NCBI GenBank assembly: GCA_965217115.1
Contig: OZ244239.1
Location: 902,392-966,391 of the forward strand
From: Bdellovibrionales bacterium
GTDB lineage: Bacteria > Bdellovibrionota > Bdellovibrionia > Bdellovibrionales > CAYMLA01
Direction: 5' to 3'
Length of the DNA: 64,000 bases
Numbering within the stretch: the first letter of the stretch is position 1; each line of letters opens with the position of its first letter. The translations under genes and the position numbers were made by a program. The notes beneath the pieces were generated by a model that was not told where the DNA came from, ran no database searches, and saw only the letters and a program-made list of their open reading frames with translations. Positions 36,167-44,991 of this stretch are shown here, piece after piece.

Positions 36167-37336
36167 TTATCGCACTATCTGACTATCCTTACCAGACACT
36201 CCACCGTCACTCTGTGAATCTTTTTTTGGATGCTTTTTAGCAATTGCCTGTTGCACCTTTTCCTCACAATTTCGCTTATCAGCGCCCATCGTTCCATATG
36301 AGATCTTAGCCTGGAATTTCTGCAAAGCTCCCTCGCAACAATCAGCAATGGCTGTGAGCCCTGCTTTTAAAAAAAGTTTGAAATTCTTCTCTGCCAATGG
36401 TCTTACCGTGTCTGAATCTTTTTCGTAAAAGCGCCTGCTTTTATGGTCTCTAAAAACAGCTTTTGAGAAATCACTCGCTTGAACAGACCCAGGGGTTCCT
36501 GTGTCCTCTCTAAAAATGGTACCATTTTTGTACAGTCCCCTAAAACCATCATTTGCAAATGTCATCGTTTTTTTATCCCCATCATCCTTACCAACTGATA
36601 TACTTTTTATTCTTGGAAAACTAAACGCTCCATCTCTGATCTCTAAGGTGTACTTCTTGCCCCCTACTGTTATATCAGAAAATGATTGCCCCTTCTTCCT
36701 GCGACAACCAAAGTCCGTTGGATTTAAAGACTGCAACAAGCTTTCATCCGCACCAATAGCTCCAAAACCAATACCCATCTTTGTAGATATAAAGTCATTA
36801 GAAAACGCAACAGCGGTAGCAACTCCTGCTGCTGCTGCTGCTGCTACACCCAACATAACACCAGCATGGGCCTTAGGCACTATTAATGATAAAAACACAG
36901 ACGGTGATTTACTTGGTTTTTGATAGAGTTTGTCTATCGCCGTGTAAAGGGACCGGAAACTCCTATGGGAGGTCGCATTTAACTCTTTGCCATTAATAAG
37001 GAACTTTCCCTCAATGGCTTTTTGAAACCCGACGTTGATCTTCTCGCCACCCACCCTCATCACCAGATCATTGCCACTCACGGAGAGTTTTATCTTATGG
37101 GATTTAGGTGTTTGCTCTATCAGCCCTTGGATGAATTTCCTGTCGTCTTTCAACTTCAATATCTTCTTTAAACCAACGAACATCTCCCGCGCATGGACGC
37201 CATGGATCTGTTCATAGGCTCGACCCATTAACTCTTGATTCACATCACTCAAAGGAGTCCCAAACACGACTGGTGAAAAAAGCAAGCTCACCATAGATGT
37301 AAAAAAAACTGACATCAGTAAAACCATTCTCTTCAT
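36167..37336 (-). CDS. Secreted paralogue 4
   Basis: Same architecture. The unique segment at about 36746-36862 includes a (GCA)6 Ala6 run at 36827-36844. Confidence 0.75.
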   Translation of the reverse strand: MKRMVLLMSVFFTSMVSLLFSPVVFGTPLSDVNQELMGRAYEQIHGVHAREMFVGLKKILKLKDDRKFIQGLIEQTPKSHKIKLSVSGNDLVMRVGGEKINVGFQKAIEGKFLINGKELNATSHRSFRSLYTAIDKLYQKPSKSPSVFLSLIVPKAHAGVMLGVAAAAAAGVATAVAFSNDFISTKMGIGFGAIGADESLLQSLNPTDFGCRRKKGQSFSDITVGGKKYTLEIRDGAFSFPRIKSISVGKDDGDKKTMTFANDGFRGLYKNGTIFREDTGTPGSVQASDFSKAVFRDHKSRRFYEKDSDTVRPLAEKNFKLFLKAGLTAIADCCEGALQKFQAKISYGTMGADKRNCEEKVQQAIAKKHPKKDSQSDGGVSGKDSQIVR

Positions 37337-37526
37337 CACAGACCTTCCTTTACAAGAACTCTTTAAAATTCACCACTGACATAGTGTATAACACTCCAAT
37401 CCCGGGTCCTAGTTCCATTCCTCATTTCCATTTTAATTCTTGGCTTAAGACTGGAAGTGAACTAGACCTTTGTGTTATGTAAATTTCTTAAGATCTCTTG
37501 CAAAAAAAACCCGAAATCGCCCGATC

Positions 37527-39239
37527 TCAAAGGCTCTTGCCCCCTCGATAACGATACAGAGGCAGGTAATTAGGATAGAGTTTTTCAATTTTCTCAATCC
37601 AATATTTTTTTCGCTTTGAAGTTTTTAACAACCCCATATAAGCAGGGAGAAGGCGACTGTTTATCTTTAAAGCCTCTTGCCAACGACTCTTAGCACATTT
37701 TAACTTGTTTCTCTCAGCACAAATTGATCCTTCTATTAAAAAAGGCAGGGCATATTTCTTGCTTTTTTGGGCAACTCTTCCTGATGAGATTGCCTCTCCA
37801 TCTTGCCCTGTTCTTCTCAAGTAAAAGGCTCGAATTGTCTGAACAAAGCCATCCTTTGGAGCCATGAACACAGCCTCGTCAATAAATTTAGTCGCCTCAT
37901 GCTCCCTCTGGGATAAAACCAAGCACAAGGAATAAAGAGCTCTCTGTCTACTCTTTCTTAAAAGATTCTCTGAAACAAATTTACATTCATCAAATAAATC
38001 AATCCAATCAATATCACTTTTATAAACTAAGATATCCCTGTAATAATTCTGTGGGCTATCTCCTAAAGCATCTAAAAAGCCCCTTAGAAACCTCCCCTCC
38101 TTTTTCGTATTTCCCAGTATTGCACTGTAAGCTTTCAACAAAAAAGCGGGCGCTCTATAAGGGTTTAACTGATCAGTCACAATTTTCAATGCCTGATTAG
38201 CTCTCAATAAAATTTTCCCCCGCTCTTTGCCTTGAAGGTTTTTTTTATACTCCTTTAAATACCCCCAACCAGAGATAAAGTAAGATAACAGAGAGGACTC
38301 TCCAACCTCCATCACTTCCTTAGAGGATGTTTTTAAATTTCTCCATTGCTTTTGATGGAAATTTAACATCATTTTATTTAACAGAGCTGAAGTGAAATTT
38401 CCGTTAATACTTAAAGCCTTCAACAGTTGATTTTCAGCTTGCTCCCAATCATTGCTCTCCATATAGAGAAGGCCCAAAGCCGTGTAAACCTCCACTGCGA
38501 CTTGCCTCCCTCTCTTAGATGCAAGCAAGGACTCTAATTCCCTCCGAGCAGCAACTCTCTCTCCCTTCAGAATCATACGCAAAGGAGATAGCTTCACTAA
38601 AATCTCTGATTGATTGGGGATTAAAACATCTGCTTGAGATAAAAAACTCCACGCACCTTCATAATCACCCACCTGATAAGAATCCCATCCTTTATTTGCC
38701 AAGTTTTCAAAATTATTTATTTTAGATTTAAACACACTGTTTTTGATTAAAAAAAACACTCCTGATATGAGAATAAATGCCACGACTGTGACCCACAGGT
38801 ATTTTCGATAGGATGAGATTTTTTTTTCAACCTCTCTCTCTATATTTGAACCAAAACGCTTTTCTGCTTTTTTACTTTCCCCCTTAATAAGTTCCTCTGG
38901 CAATACAAACTCAGGATCTGTTTTATCAAAATTACCAACATCCAGAACATCTGTGTCCGTAATTGTATTATTAATACTTACGGTTCTTGTCTTATCATTC
39001 AGAGAGAGATTTGTTCTCTCTATCGTGCTGTCCATCATCTCTTCTCTTAATTTGGAAAAATGAGGCTCTAAAGAGATTTGACAATATCTTCCGAAGGGCT
39101 GACAAATCTCATCGTCATCGATAAGGTTTCCATTTTGTAAATGCTCTGCAATTTCATTATAACTATAGGGACCAAGTAGCTCACCATTAGAGCGAACAAG
39201 CCATTTTTTTATTTGTTTATCATTCTTCTTTAAAGACAC
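37527..39239 (-). CDS. GYF_2-domain / TPR-repeat membrane protein
   Basis: N-terminal 'WLVRSNGELLGPYSYNEIAEHLQNGNLIDDDEI' (GYF_2-like), one TM helix ('YLWVTVVAFILISGVFFLI'), then TPR-like repeats. Confidence 0.65.
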   Translation of the reverse strand: MSLKKNDKQIKKWLVRSNGELLGPYSYNEIAEHLQNGNLIDDDEICQPFGRYCQISLEPHFSKLREEMMDSTIERTNLSLNDKTRTVSINNTITDTDVLDVGNFDKTDPEFVLPEELIKGESKKAEKRFGSNIEREVEKKISSYRKYLWVTVVAFILISGVFFLIKNSVFKSKINNFENLANKGWDSYQVGDYEGAWSFLSQADVLIPNQSEILVKLSPLRMILKGERVAARRELESLLASKRGRQVAVEVYTALGLLYMESNDWEQAENQLLKALSINGNFTSALLNKMMLNFHQKQWRNLKTSSKEVMEVGESSLLSYFISGWGYLKEYKKNLQGKERGKILLRANQALKIVTDQLNPYRAPAFLLKAYSAILGNTKKEGRFLRGFLDALGDSPQNYYRDILVYKSDIDWIDLFDECKFVSENLLRKSRQRALYSLCLVLSQREHEATKFIDEAVFMAPKDGFVQTIRAFYLRRTGQDGEAISSGRVAQKSKKYALPFLIEGSICAERNKLKCAKSRWQEALKINSRLLPAYMGLLKTSKRKKYWIEKIEKLYPNYLPLYRYRGGKSL

Positions 39240-39248
39240 TCTTTTACC

Positions 39249-40808
39249 TCAATGACGAAAATGTCTTTCCCCTGTCAAAAGAATATTTACTCCCAATTCA
39301 CTGGCTTTGAGCAAAACTTCTTTATCCCGGATAGAACCACCTGGTTGAATAATCCAACGAATGCCAGCACGATCTATTTCTTCAATAGAGTCTTCAAAAG
39401 GAAAAAATGCGTCACTGGCCAAAACGGCTTCTTTGCAATCAGGGTGAAACTCTTTCATCCGACTAATTGCTTGTCTAACAGCATCTACTCGATTGACTTG
39501 CCCCATACCTAATCCCAAAGACTGCCCCTGCCCACAAATAGCTATGGCATTGCTCTTTAAATGGGCACACACGTTCCATGCAAATTGTAAATCTGCCTTA
39601 ATACAAGAAGAAGGCTCTTCCCCTGACACTGTCCATCCATCATTCCACGGGGACGGCTCATCTTGATTTTGCACTAAAAAACCTCCTGCCACTGTTTTTA
39701 CTTCAACAGCATTCATTCCAGGTATTTCTTCCAAATCTAGCATTTGTGGCCACTTTAAAAGACGCAAGTTTTTTTTCTTCTGTAAAATTTTTAAAGACTC
39801 TTGAGAAAAAGAGGGTGCTACCACACACTCTAAAAACAACGAATTTAAAAGTTTCGCAACTTCTTCCGTCACTTCTTCATTCACCGATACAATACCACCA
39901 AACACACTCATTGGGTCTGCTTTTAGAGACTTATTAACTGCCTCGGTTAAATTCTCTCCAACAGCAACGCCACAAGGATTATTATGCTTTACCGAAACTG
40001 CCGCAGCCTGATCTTTAAAGGAGCGCAGCACCCTTGTCGCCGCTTCCAAATCCAAAATATTATTGTAGGATAACATCTTGCCCTGTAAAATTTCTGATTG
40101 ATGCAAGCCACTCAAGGCTCCTTTGGTTTTGTACCAAGATGCCGATTGATGGGGGTTTTCACCATAGCGTAGGCGAGATTGCAAAGCCCCCCCTAATGAA
40201 TACTCTAAATCTAGTTTATTATTTAATTTTCGTGCGATCATGCTGTCATAGGAAGAAACATGAGCAAAAATTTTCGCTGCTAACTCTTTTCTTTCATCAA
40301 TGCTTAATTTATCTCCTGATAAATCTTTCTGTGCAATCCAATCATAATCAGACGGATGACAAACCACTGTAACACGTTCAAAACCTTTAGCTGCGCCCCT
40401 TAAAAAACTCGGTCCACCAATATCAATAAAATCACTCAACTCACGGTCAGCTAAACCTTTCTGCGAAGCCTCTTCAAAGGGGTAAAGATTACCAATCACT
40501 AAATCAATAGGCTGTAGCTGATATTTTTCAAGAGTTTGCAAGTCCTCTGACTTATAACCTCTCGCCAAAATAGACATGTGAATATGGGGATGTAAAGTCT
40601 TTACACGACCATCCATAACCTCTGGAAACCCCGTATACTCGCTCACATCCATGACCTTTAAACCATTTTCCCTTAAATGTCGTGCTGTTCCGCCTGTAGA
40701 AAGTATCTTTAAACCACGGTGAGCAAAATTATTTAAAAAATCAACAAGCCCCTCTTTGTTAGAAGCACTCACCAGAGCCAGTTTAAACTGTGATAGAGAT
40801 TCAGACAC
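39249..40808 (-). CDS. purH: Bifunctional AICAR transformylase / IMP cyclohydrolase
   Basis: 519 aa with 'ALVSASNKEGL', 'STGGTA', 'DGRVKTLHP', 'QPGGSIRD' and C-terminal 'RHFRH'. Confidence 0.95.
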   Translation of the reverse strand: MSESLSQFKLALVSASNKEGLVDFLNNFAHRGLKILSTGGTARHLRENGLKVMDVSEYTGFPEVMDGRVKTLHPHIHMSILARGYKSEDLQTLEKYQLQPIDLVIGNLYPFEEASQKGLADRELSDFIDIGGPSFLRGAAKGFERVTVVCHPSDYDWIAQKDLSGDKLSIDERKELAAKIFAHVSSYDSMIARKLNNKLDLEYSLGGALQSRLRYGENPHQSASWYKTKGALSGLHQSEILQGKMLSYNNILDLEAATRVLRSFKDQAAAVSVKHNNPCGVAVGENLTEAVNKSLKADPMSVFGGIVSVNEEVTEEVAKLLNSLFLECVVAPSFSQESLKILQKKKNLRLLKWPQMLDLEEIPGMNAVEVKTVAGGFLVQNQDEPSPWNDGWTVSGEEPSSCIKADLQFAWNVCAHLKSNAIAICGQGQSLGLGMGQVNRVDAVRQAISRMKEFHPDCKEAVLASDAFFPFEDSIEEIDRAGIRWIIQPGGSIRDKEVLLKASELGVNILLTGERHFRH

Positions 40809-42190
40809 TAAAAAGAAGCTCCTGTAGCCAATAGTTTTAAATCATCATTGGTAAGAAATAATCCAATTCCAAAATAGTCAGATTTTTTTTTGCCCAAGAC
40901 ATCATCTACACCACCGTGAATGTAAATACCTTTGTAAATATCCATCTTTGCACTTAAGCGTAAGTTCAAATAAGAAAAATCTAACGCCTCCATAGAAAAT
41001 TTAAATTTCTGACGAAACATATGATAATCAATCCCAAACCCACCTGTATTTTCTATAAGCCCACCCTTTACAGTGAAGTCATAAAAGTTTTTCGCAAATA
41101 ACGCAGTCAATTTCACCTTATTTCTAAATGTTACTGTTTCAATGGTGCTCACTGAATCACCGGGAATCGTCTCCGTATCTTTTTCCGTAACCTCCCTAAC
41201 TCCAGTAGGATCATCAACGACTCCAAGATAATAATAACGATCCAGACCAGGCTGAATCTTTACACCTAACGTTGATTTAGATATATTGGAAACAGGATAA
41301 TGGTTTGTATAAAAATCAATACTCGTTTGCAAACGATAGCCCGATCCTAAAAGGTTATTCACTCCTTCAATGGCTTCATTCAGCTCATCCACCGTCTGAC
41401 TATCGTTCACCAAGCGCCCTAAAGTCCCCTCTCCCGAATTAATTTTATCTGTGATCTCTGCCGTATTCTGTAACGTGCGATCAATACGAGATAGACTCTC
41501 CACGGCTTTACTCCATGCTGCTTTAAAACCATTATCACTTTCATTATTAATGAAACCATCTAGAGTTTTAGAAACACGCTTAAACTCTTTGACCATGCTT
41601 CGAACATCTTTTTTATTATCCGAAGCCATTTCAGATATATCAGTTGTCAAGTTTTCTAAATTTCTCATCACGCGTCCAAAGGAGTCACCGGTGTTTCCAT
41701 CTCCTTTCAAAGCATTGCGCATCGTATTGGCAACATCACCCACGACTTTAGATATTCTACCCATCTGTGTTAATAACGCCTGAATAGACCCTCTGTCTTC
41801 CACATAGAAAATCTGTCCCCCTTCCTCTAGAACAAGGTCATTCTCGTCCCCCGCTACCACCTCGATATGCTTATCTCCTAAGATACCATTGGCTCTAATT
41901 TCAATGCGTGCGCTATTAGTCAACGGAACGTCTGCATCAAGCACCATATCCACTCGTGCCAAGCCATTTTGTAAACGAATATCCTTAATTATACCAATGT
42001 TAATTCCAGCCATCTTAACACCACTGTTTTTCACTAAACCACTGGCATCACTCACAACAAACCAAGCCTTTCGAGAACCCCCTAAATAATTAGACTTTTC
42101 ACTCACTTGCATGGACATAAAAGCAACAAGGCCTGCCACCACTGCCACCAAAAGACCTACTTTAAATTCCACTGCACCAAGAACACTCAT
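40808..42190 (-). CDS. MCE/MlaD-family substrate-binding protein (long form)
   Basis: N-terminal TM helix plus MCE domain ('GLVKNSGVKMAGINIGIIKDIRL...ARVDM'). Located downstream of mlaE/mlaF-like genes. Confidence 0.85.
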   Translation of the reverse strand: MSVLGAVEFKVGLLVAVVAGLVAFMSMQVSEKSNYLGGSRKAWFVVSDASGLVKNSGVKMAGINIGIIKDIRLQNGLARVDMVLDADVPLTNSARIEIRANGILGDKHIEVVAGDENDLVLEEGGQIFYVEDRGSIQALLTQMGRISKVVGDVANTMRNALKGDGNTGDSFGRVMRNLENLTTDISEMASDNKKDVRSMVKEFKRVSKTLDGFINNESDNGFKAAWSKAVESLSRIDRTLQNTAEITDKINSGEGTLGRLVNDSQTVDELNEAIEGVNNLLGSGYRLQTSIDFYTNHYPVSNISKSTLGVKIQPGLDRYYYLGVVDDPTGVREVTEKDTETIPGDSVSTIETVTFRNKVKLTALFAKNFYDFTVKGGLIENTGGFGIDYHMFRQKFKFSMEALDFSYLNLRLSAKMDIYKGIYIHGGVDDVLGKKKSDYFGIGLFLTNDDLKLLATGASF

Positions 42191-42197
42191 TATTATC

Positions 42198-42959
42198 TCA
42201 AACCTTTTGCCTTAAACCTTTTTCTATAAAACTCTTCACTAGAGGAATCTCAGATTTTAAAAAATCCTCTGATGTTCCTGCAAACAAAACTTTCCCCCCA
42301 TCAAGCATGGCAACACTGTCACTTATTCGAAAAGCCGCATACATATCATGGGTTACTACAATTGATGTTATCCCCTCTCGATGATTATGTGTACTTAGAA
42401 TTAAATTATCAACCATCTCTGCCCGTATAGGGTCTAGTCCAGTTGTGGGCTCATCATAAACTAAAATATCTGGGTCCAAGGCTAAAGCCCTGGCCAAGCC
42501 CACGCGTTTACGCATTCCTCCACTCAACTCTGAAGGCATCTTGCCATAATGCTTTTCTTCCATTTCCACTAATTTTAATTTCTGCAAAGCGATTTCATTC
42601 ACCTCTTTAGGTTTTAAATCACGACGATGTTCAAATAAAGGAAAGCAAACATTACCAAGAACTGTCTCATCATCAAAGAGAGCTGCATGCTGAAACAACA
42701 TTCCAAAATTACAACGAAACCGAGTGAGCGCTCTTTGAGACATTACCGATAAATCACAGCCCAAAACTTCAATCGCTCCCCTCGTCGGAGCTAAAAGACC
42801 TAAAATATGCCGCAAAAGAACACTCTTACCCGCTCCACTATAGCCTATAATAGAAGTGATTTTTCCTCTTGGGATTTCAAAGTTCATTCCATCAATGATG
42901 TAATCTTCTCCATCATTGAATGTTTTATACAGGTTTTTAACTGAAACTGCCGTTTTCAC
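42198..42959 (-). CDS. mlaF: ABC transporter ATP-binding protein (MlaF-like)
   Basis: Walker A 'GYSGAGKS', signature 'LSGGMRKR', Walker B 'ILVYDEPT'. Confidence 0.9.
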   Translation of the reverse strand: MKTAVSVKNLYKTFNDGEDYIIDGMNFEIPRGKITSIIGYSGAGKSVLLRHILGLLAPTRGAIEVLGCDLSVMSQRALTRFRCNFGMLFQHAALFDDETVLGNVCFPLFEHRRDLKPKEVNEIALQKLKLVEMEEKHYGKMPSELSGGMRKRVGLARALALDPDILVYDEPTTGLDPIRAEMVDNLILSTHNHREGITSIVVTHDMYAAFRISDSVAMLDGGKVLFAGTSEDFLKSEIPLVKSFIEKGLRQKV

Positions 42960-43756
42960 TACAAAACCCCTATAAAAGAGTAATAAATACGAATCAAATT
43001 AGTTAAAAAATAATCAAGAACAATGATCAGAACCATGCTCGTCACCACACCTCGGTTCGTCGATTCACCAACTCCCTTCGCTCCACCCGTCGTAAAAAAG
43101 CCTCGATACACACAAATCGTTGAAAAAACAAAACCAAACACAGATGCCTTTAAAAGGCCCTCAGCAATATGGTGAGGTTCCAGATTTTTACGAATTTTAT
43201 CCCAAAAAATAGCCTCATCCAACTTGAGCAAATTCACACATAGAAAATAAGCTCCCAATATAGCTACAAAATCAAAAATAGCGCAAAGTACTGGCATTGA
43301 AATAATCGCTGCATAAATTCTCGGCACTACGAGATATTGCTTAGAATTAATTCCCATAACTTCGAGGGCATCAATCTGCTCACTCACCCGCATTGTACCT
43401 AGCTGAGCAGCCATTGCTCCTCCTGCCCTCGCCGAGACAATAAGACCTGCTAAAACAGGGCCCAATTCCCTCGTAATACCGAAAGCCACAGTGGAGCCCA
43501 CCAAGTTAACAGCATTGACTATCTTAAAACCTAAAAATACCTGAAAAGCCAATGCCAATCCCGTAAATAAACCTGTCAATACGATAATGAGTACCGATCT
43601 ATTACCAATAAAGTAAATATGCTGAATCAACTCAGGAATACGATAGGGTCGAGTGAAGCTCAGACAAATGGACTCTGAAAAGAAGACAGCTATTCGTCCC
43701 ATTTCTAAAATAAGCTGATAAAATAACTGAAATATGCTGTTCAATAAATTCTTCAC
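42959..43756 (-). CDS. mlaE: ABC transporter permease (MlaE-like)
   Basis: 'ITRELGPVLAGLIVSARAGGAMAAQLGTMRVSEQIDALEVMGI' is the MlaE-family signature region. Confidence 0.9.
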   Translation of the reverse strand: MKNLLNSIFQLFYQLILEMGRIAVFFSESICLSFTRPYRIPELIQHIYFIGNRSVLIIVLTGLFTGLALAFQVFLGFKIVNAVNLVGSTVAFGITRELGPVLAGLIVSARAGGAMAAQLGTMRVSEQIDALEVMGINSKQYLVVPRIYAAIISMPVLCAIFDFVAILGAYFLCVNLLKLDEAIFWDKIRKNLEPHHIAEGLLKASVFGFVFSTICVYRGFFTTGGAKGVGESTNRGVVTSMVLIIVLDYFLTNLIRIYYSFIGVL

Positions 43757-43797
43757 GTTGCTCGATCCACTTCATCAATTTTTTTAAAGAACTGATT

Positions 43798-44991
43798 TTA
43801 CTTTAAAATCCGAGGAACCCGTGGGCTAATACCTGTAAGAATCTCATAAGGTATCATTTCCGCCTGATGAGACAACTCACTTACACACAAGATCACCGAT
43901 CCCTCTTTACCAAATAAAGTAAAATTTTCTCCTTCCTTAGGGGTCTTCCCCTTTATTGCCAATTCTGTTACATCAAAGAAAGTATACCCCATACACACTC
44001 GACCGACTTGTGGAACACGCTCTCCCTTGTACAAAGCTAGACTTTTGTTAGATAAGCAGCGTGGATACCCATCAGCATAACCACAGAAAATCAAAGCCAG
44101 AAGAGAGTCAGATTCTGCTTTCCAAGTTCCTCCATAGGAGATTTTCTGCCCTTTTTTCACCTCACGTACAGACATCACCTCTCCCTTCAAGGACATAACT
44201 GGGCGCAAATCAAAATTTTCTCTTTTTATATTCTCTGGCAAAACCCCATAAAGAGCCAAGCCTGGTCGCATTCCCTTAGCTACAGACAGTAACTCCTTTG
44301 GGAAAATCTCTTCTCTGAGTAATTCAATAAGCCCCAAAGCCCCTGGACTGTTAAGACAATGAATGTCAACACCCTCGCACCACTCGCCAAGATCTCGCAT
44401 AAATTTCTTAAAAAGAGTTAACTGTCTAATACTATCGCCAAGTGGATCCGCAATATCTTCTCCTGCCATTAAATGAGTGCCTATGCCAATGATCTTCACT
44501 GTCGAACAAGCAACAATTTCTTCTTTTATTTTTTCTATTTCATCATGAACAAACCCCATACGAGACATTCCTGTATCGAGTTTAATATGTATCGGGTACC
44601 TCTTTTGAGTCTCCTCTTTTGAAAAAAACTGAGACAATACTTGAGACAAAGCCCTCCACTGCCTCCAACTTCCAACAACGGGCGTACAACCATTTTTGAT
44701 TAACTGATTTGCACCTTCCTGGGAAAAACCTCCAAAAACTAAAATCTCTGCCTGGATATTGGCTTCACGTAAAGCAACAGCCTCTTCAACAAGGCTCACG
44801 CCCAGATGAGTCACACCCTCTTCTTCTAAAATTCTCGCCACCGAAATCAATCCATGGCCATAACCATCGGCTTTCACCATTGGACAAAAGAATGGACTCC
44901 CCATTTCTTTATTGATCGCTAACAAAAAGCGACAATTATGCCTAAGATTTTTTCCACTGATTTCGGCAAAAGTATTACGAAATTGTTTCAA
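43798..44991 (-). CDS. alr: Alanine racemase
   Basis: PLP-Lys motif 'MVKADGYGHG' and C-terminal beta domain 'YGG...' with 'GRVCM'. Confidence 0.9.
   Translation of the reverse strand: MKQFRNTFAEISGKNLRHNCRFLLAINKEMGSPFFCPMVKADGYGHGLISVARILEEEGVTHLGVSLVEEAVALREANIQAEILVFGGFSQEGANQLIKNGCTPVVGSWRQWRALSQVLSQFFSKEETQKRYPIHIKLDTGMSRMGFVHDEIEKIKEEIVACSTVKIIGIGTHLMAGEDIADPLGDSIRQLTLFKKFMRDLGEWCEGVDIHCLNSPGALGLIELLREEIFPKELLSVAKGMRPGLALYGVLPENIKRENFDLRPVMSLKGEVMSVREVKKGQKISYGGTWKAESDSLLALIFCGYADGYPRCLSNKSLALYKGERVPQVGRVCMGYTFFDVTELAIKGKTPKEGENFTLFGKEGSVILCVSELSHQAEMIPYEILTGISPRVPRILK

Noticed and set aside
32804-37217. Plus-strand ORFs antisense to the paralogue genes (for example 32804-33214, 33326-33508, 33662-33931, 34544-34726, 35770-35952, 36501-36923, 37035-37217) and same-strand out-of-frame ORFs (33909-34097, 35129-35323)
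   Set aside because: They recur only because the underlying genes are duplicated. They lack starts with an SD and lie wholly within better-supported minus-strand CDS that have signal peptides.
32467-37339. Diversity-generating retroelement (DGR) as the source of the variable segment in the paralogue array
   Set aside because: The window contains no reverse transcriptase and no template-repeat/variable-repeat pair with adenine-specific differences. The variable segments are unalignable rather than point-mutated.
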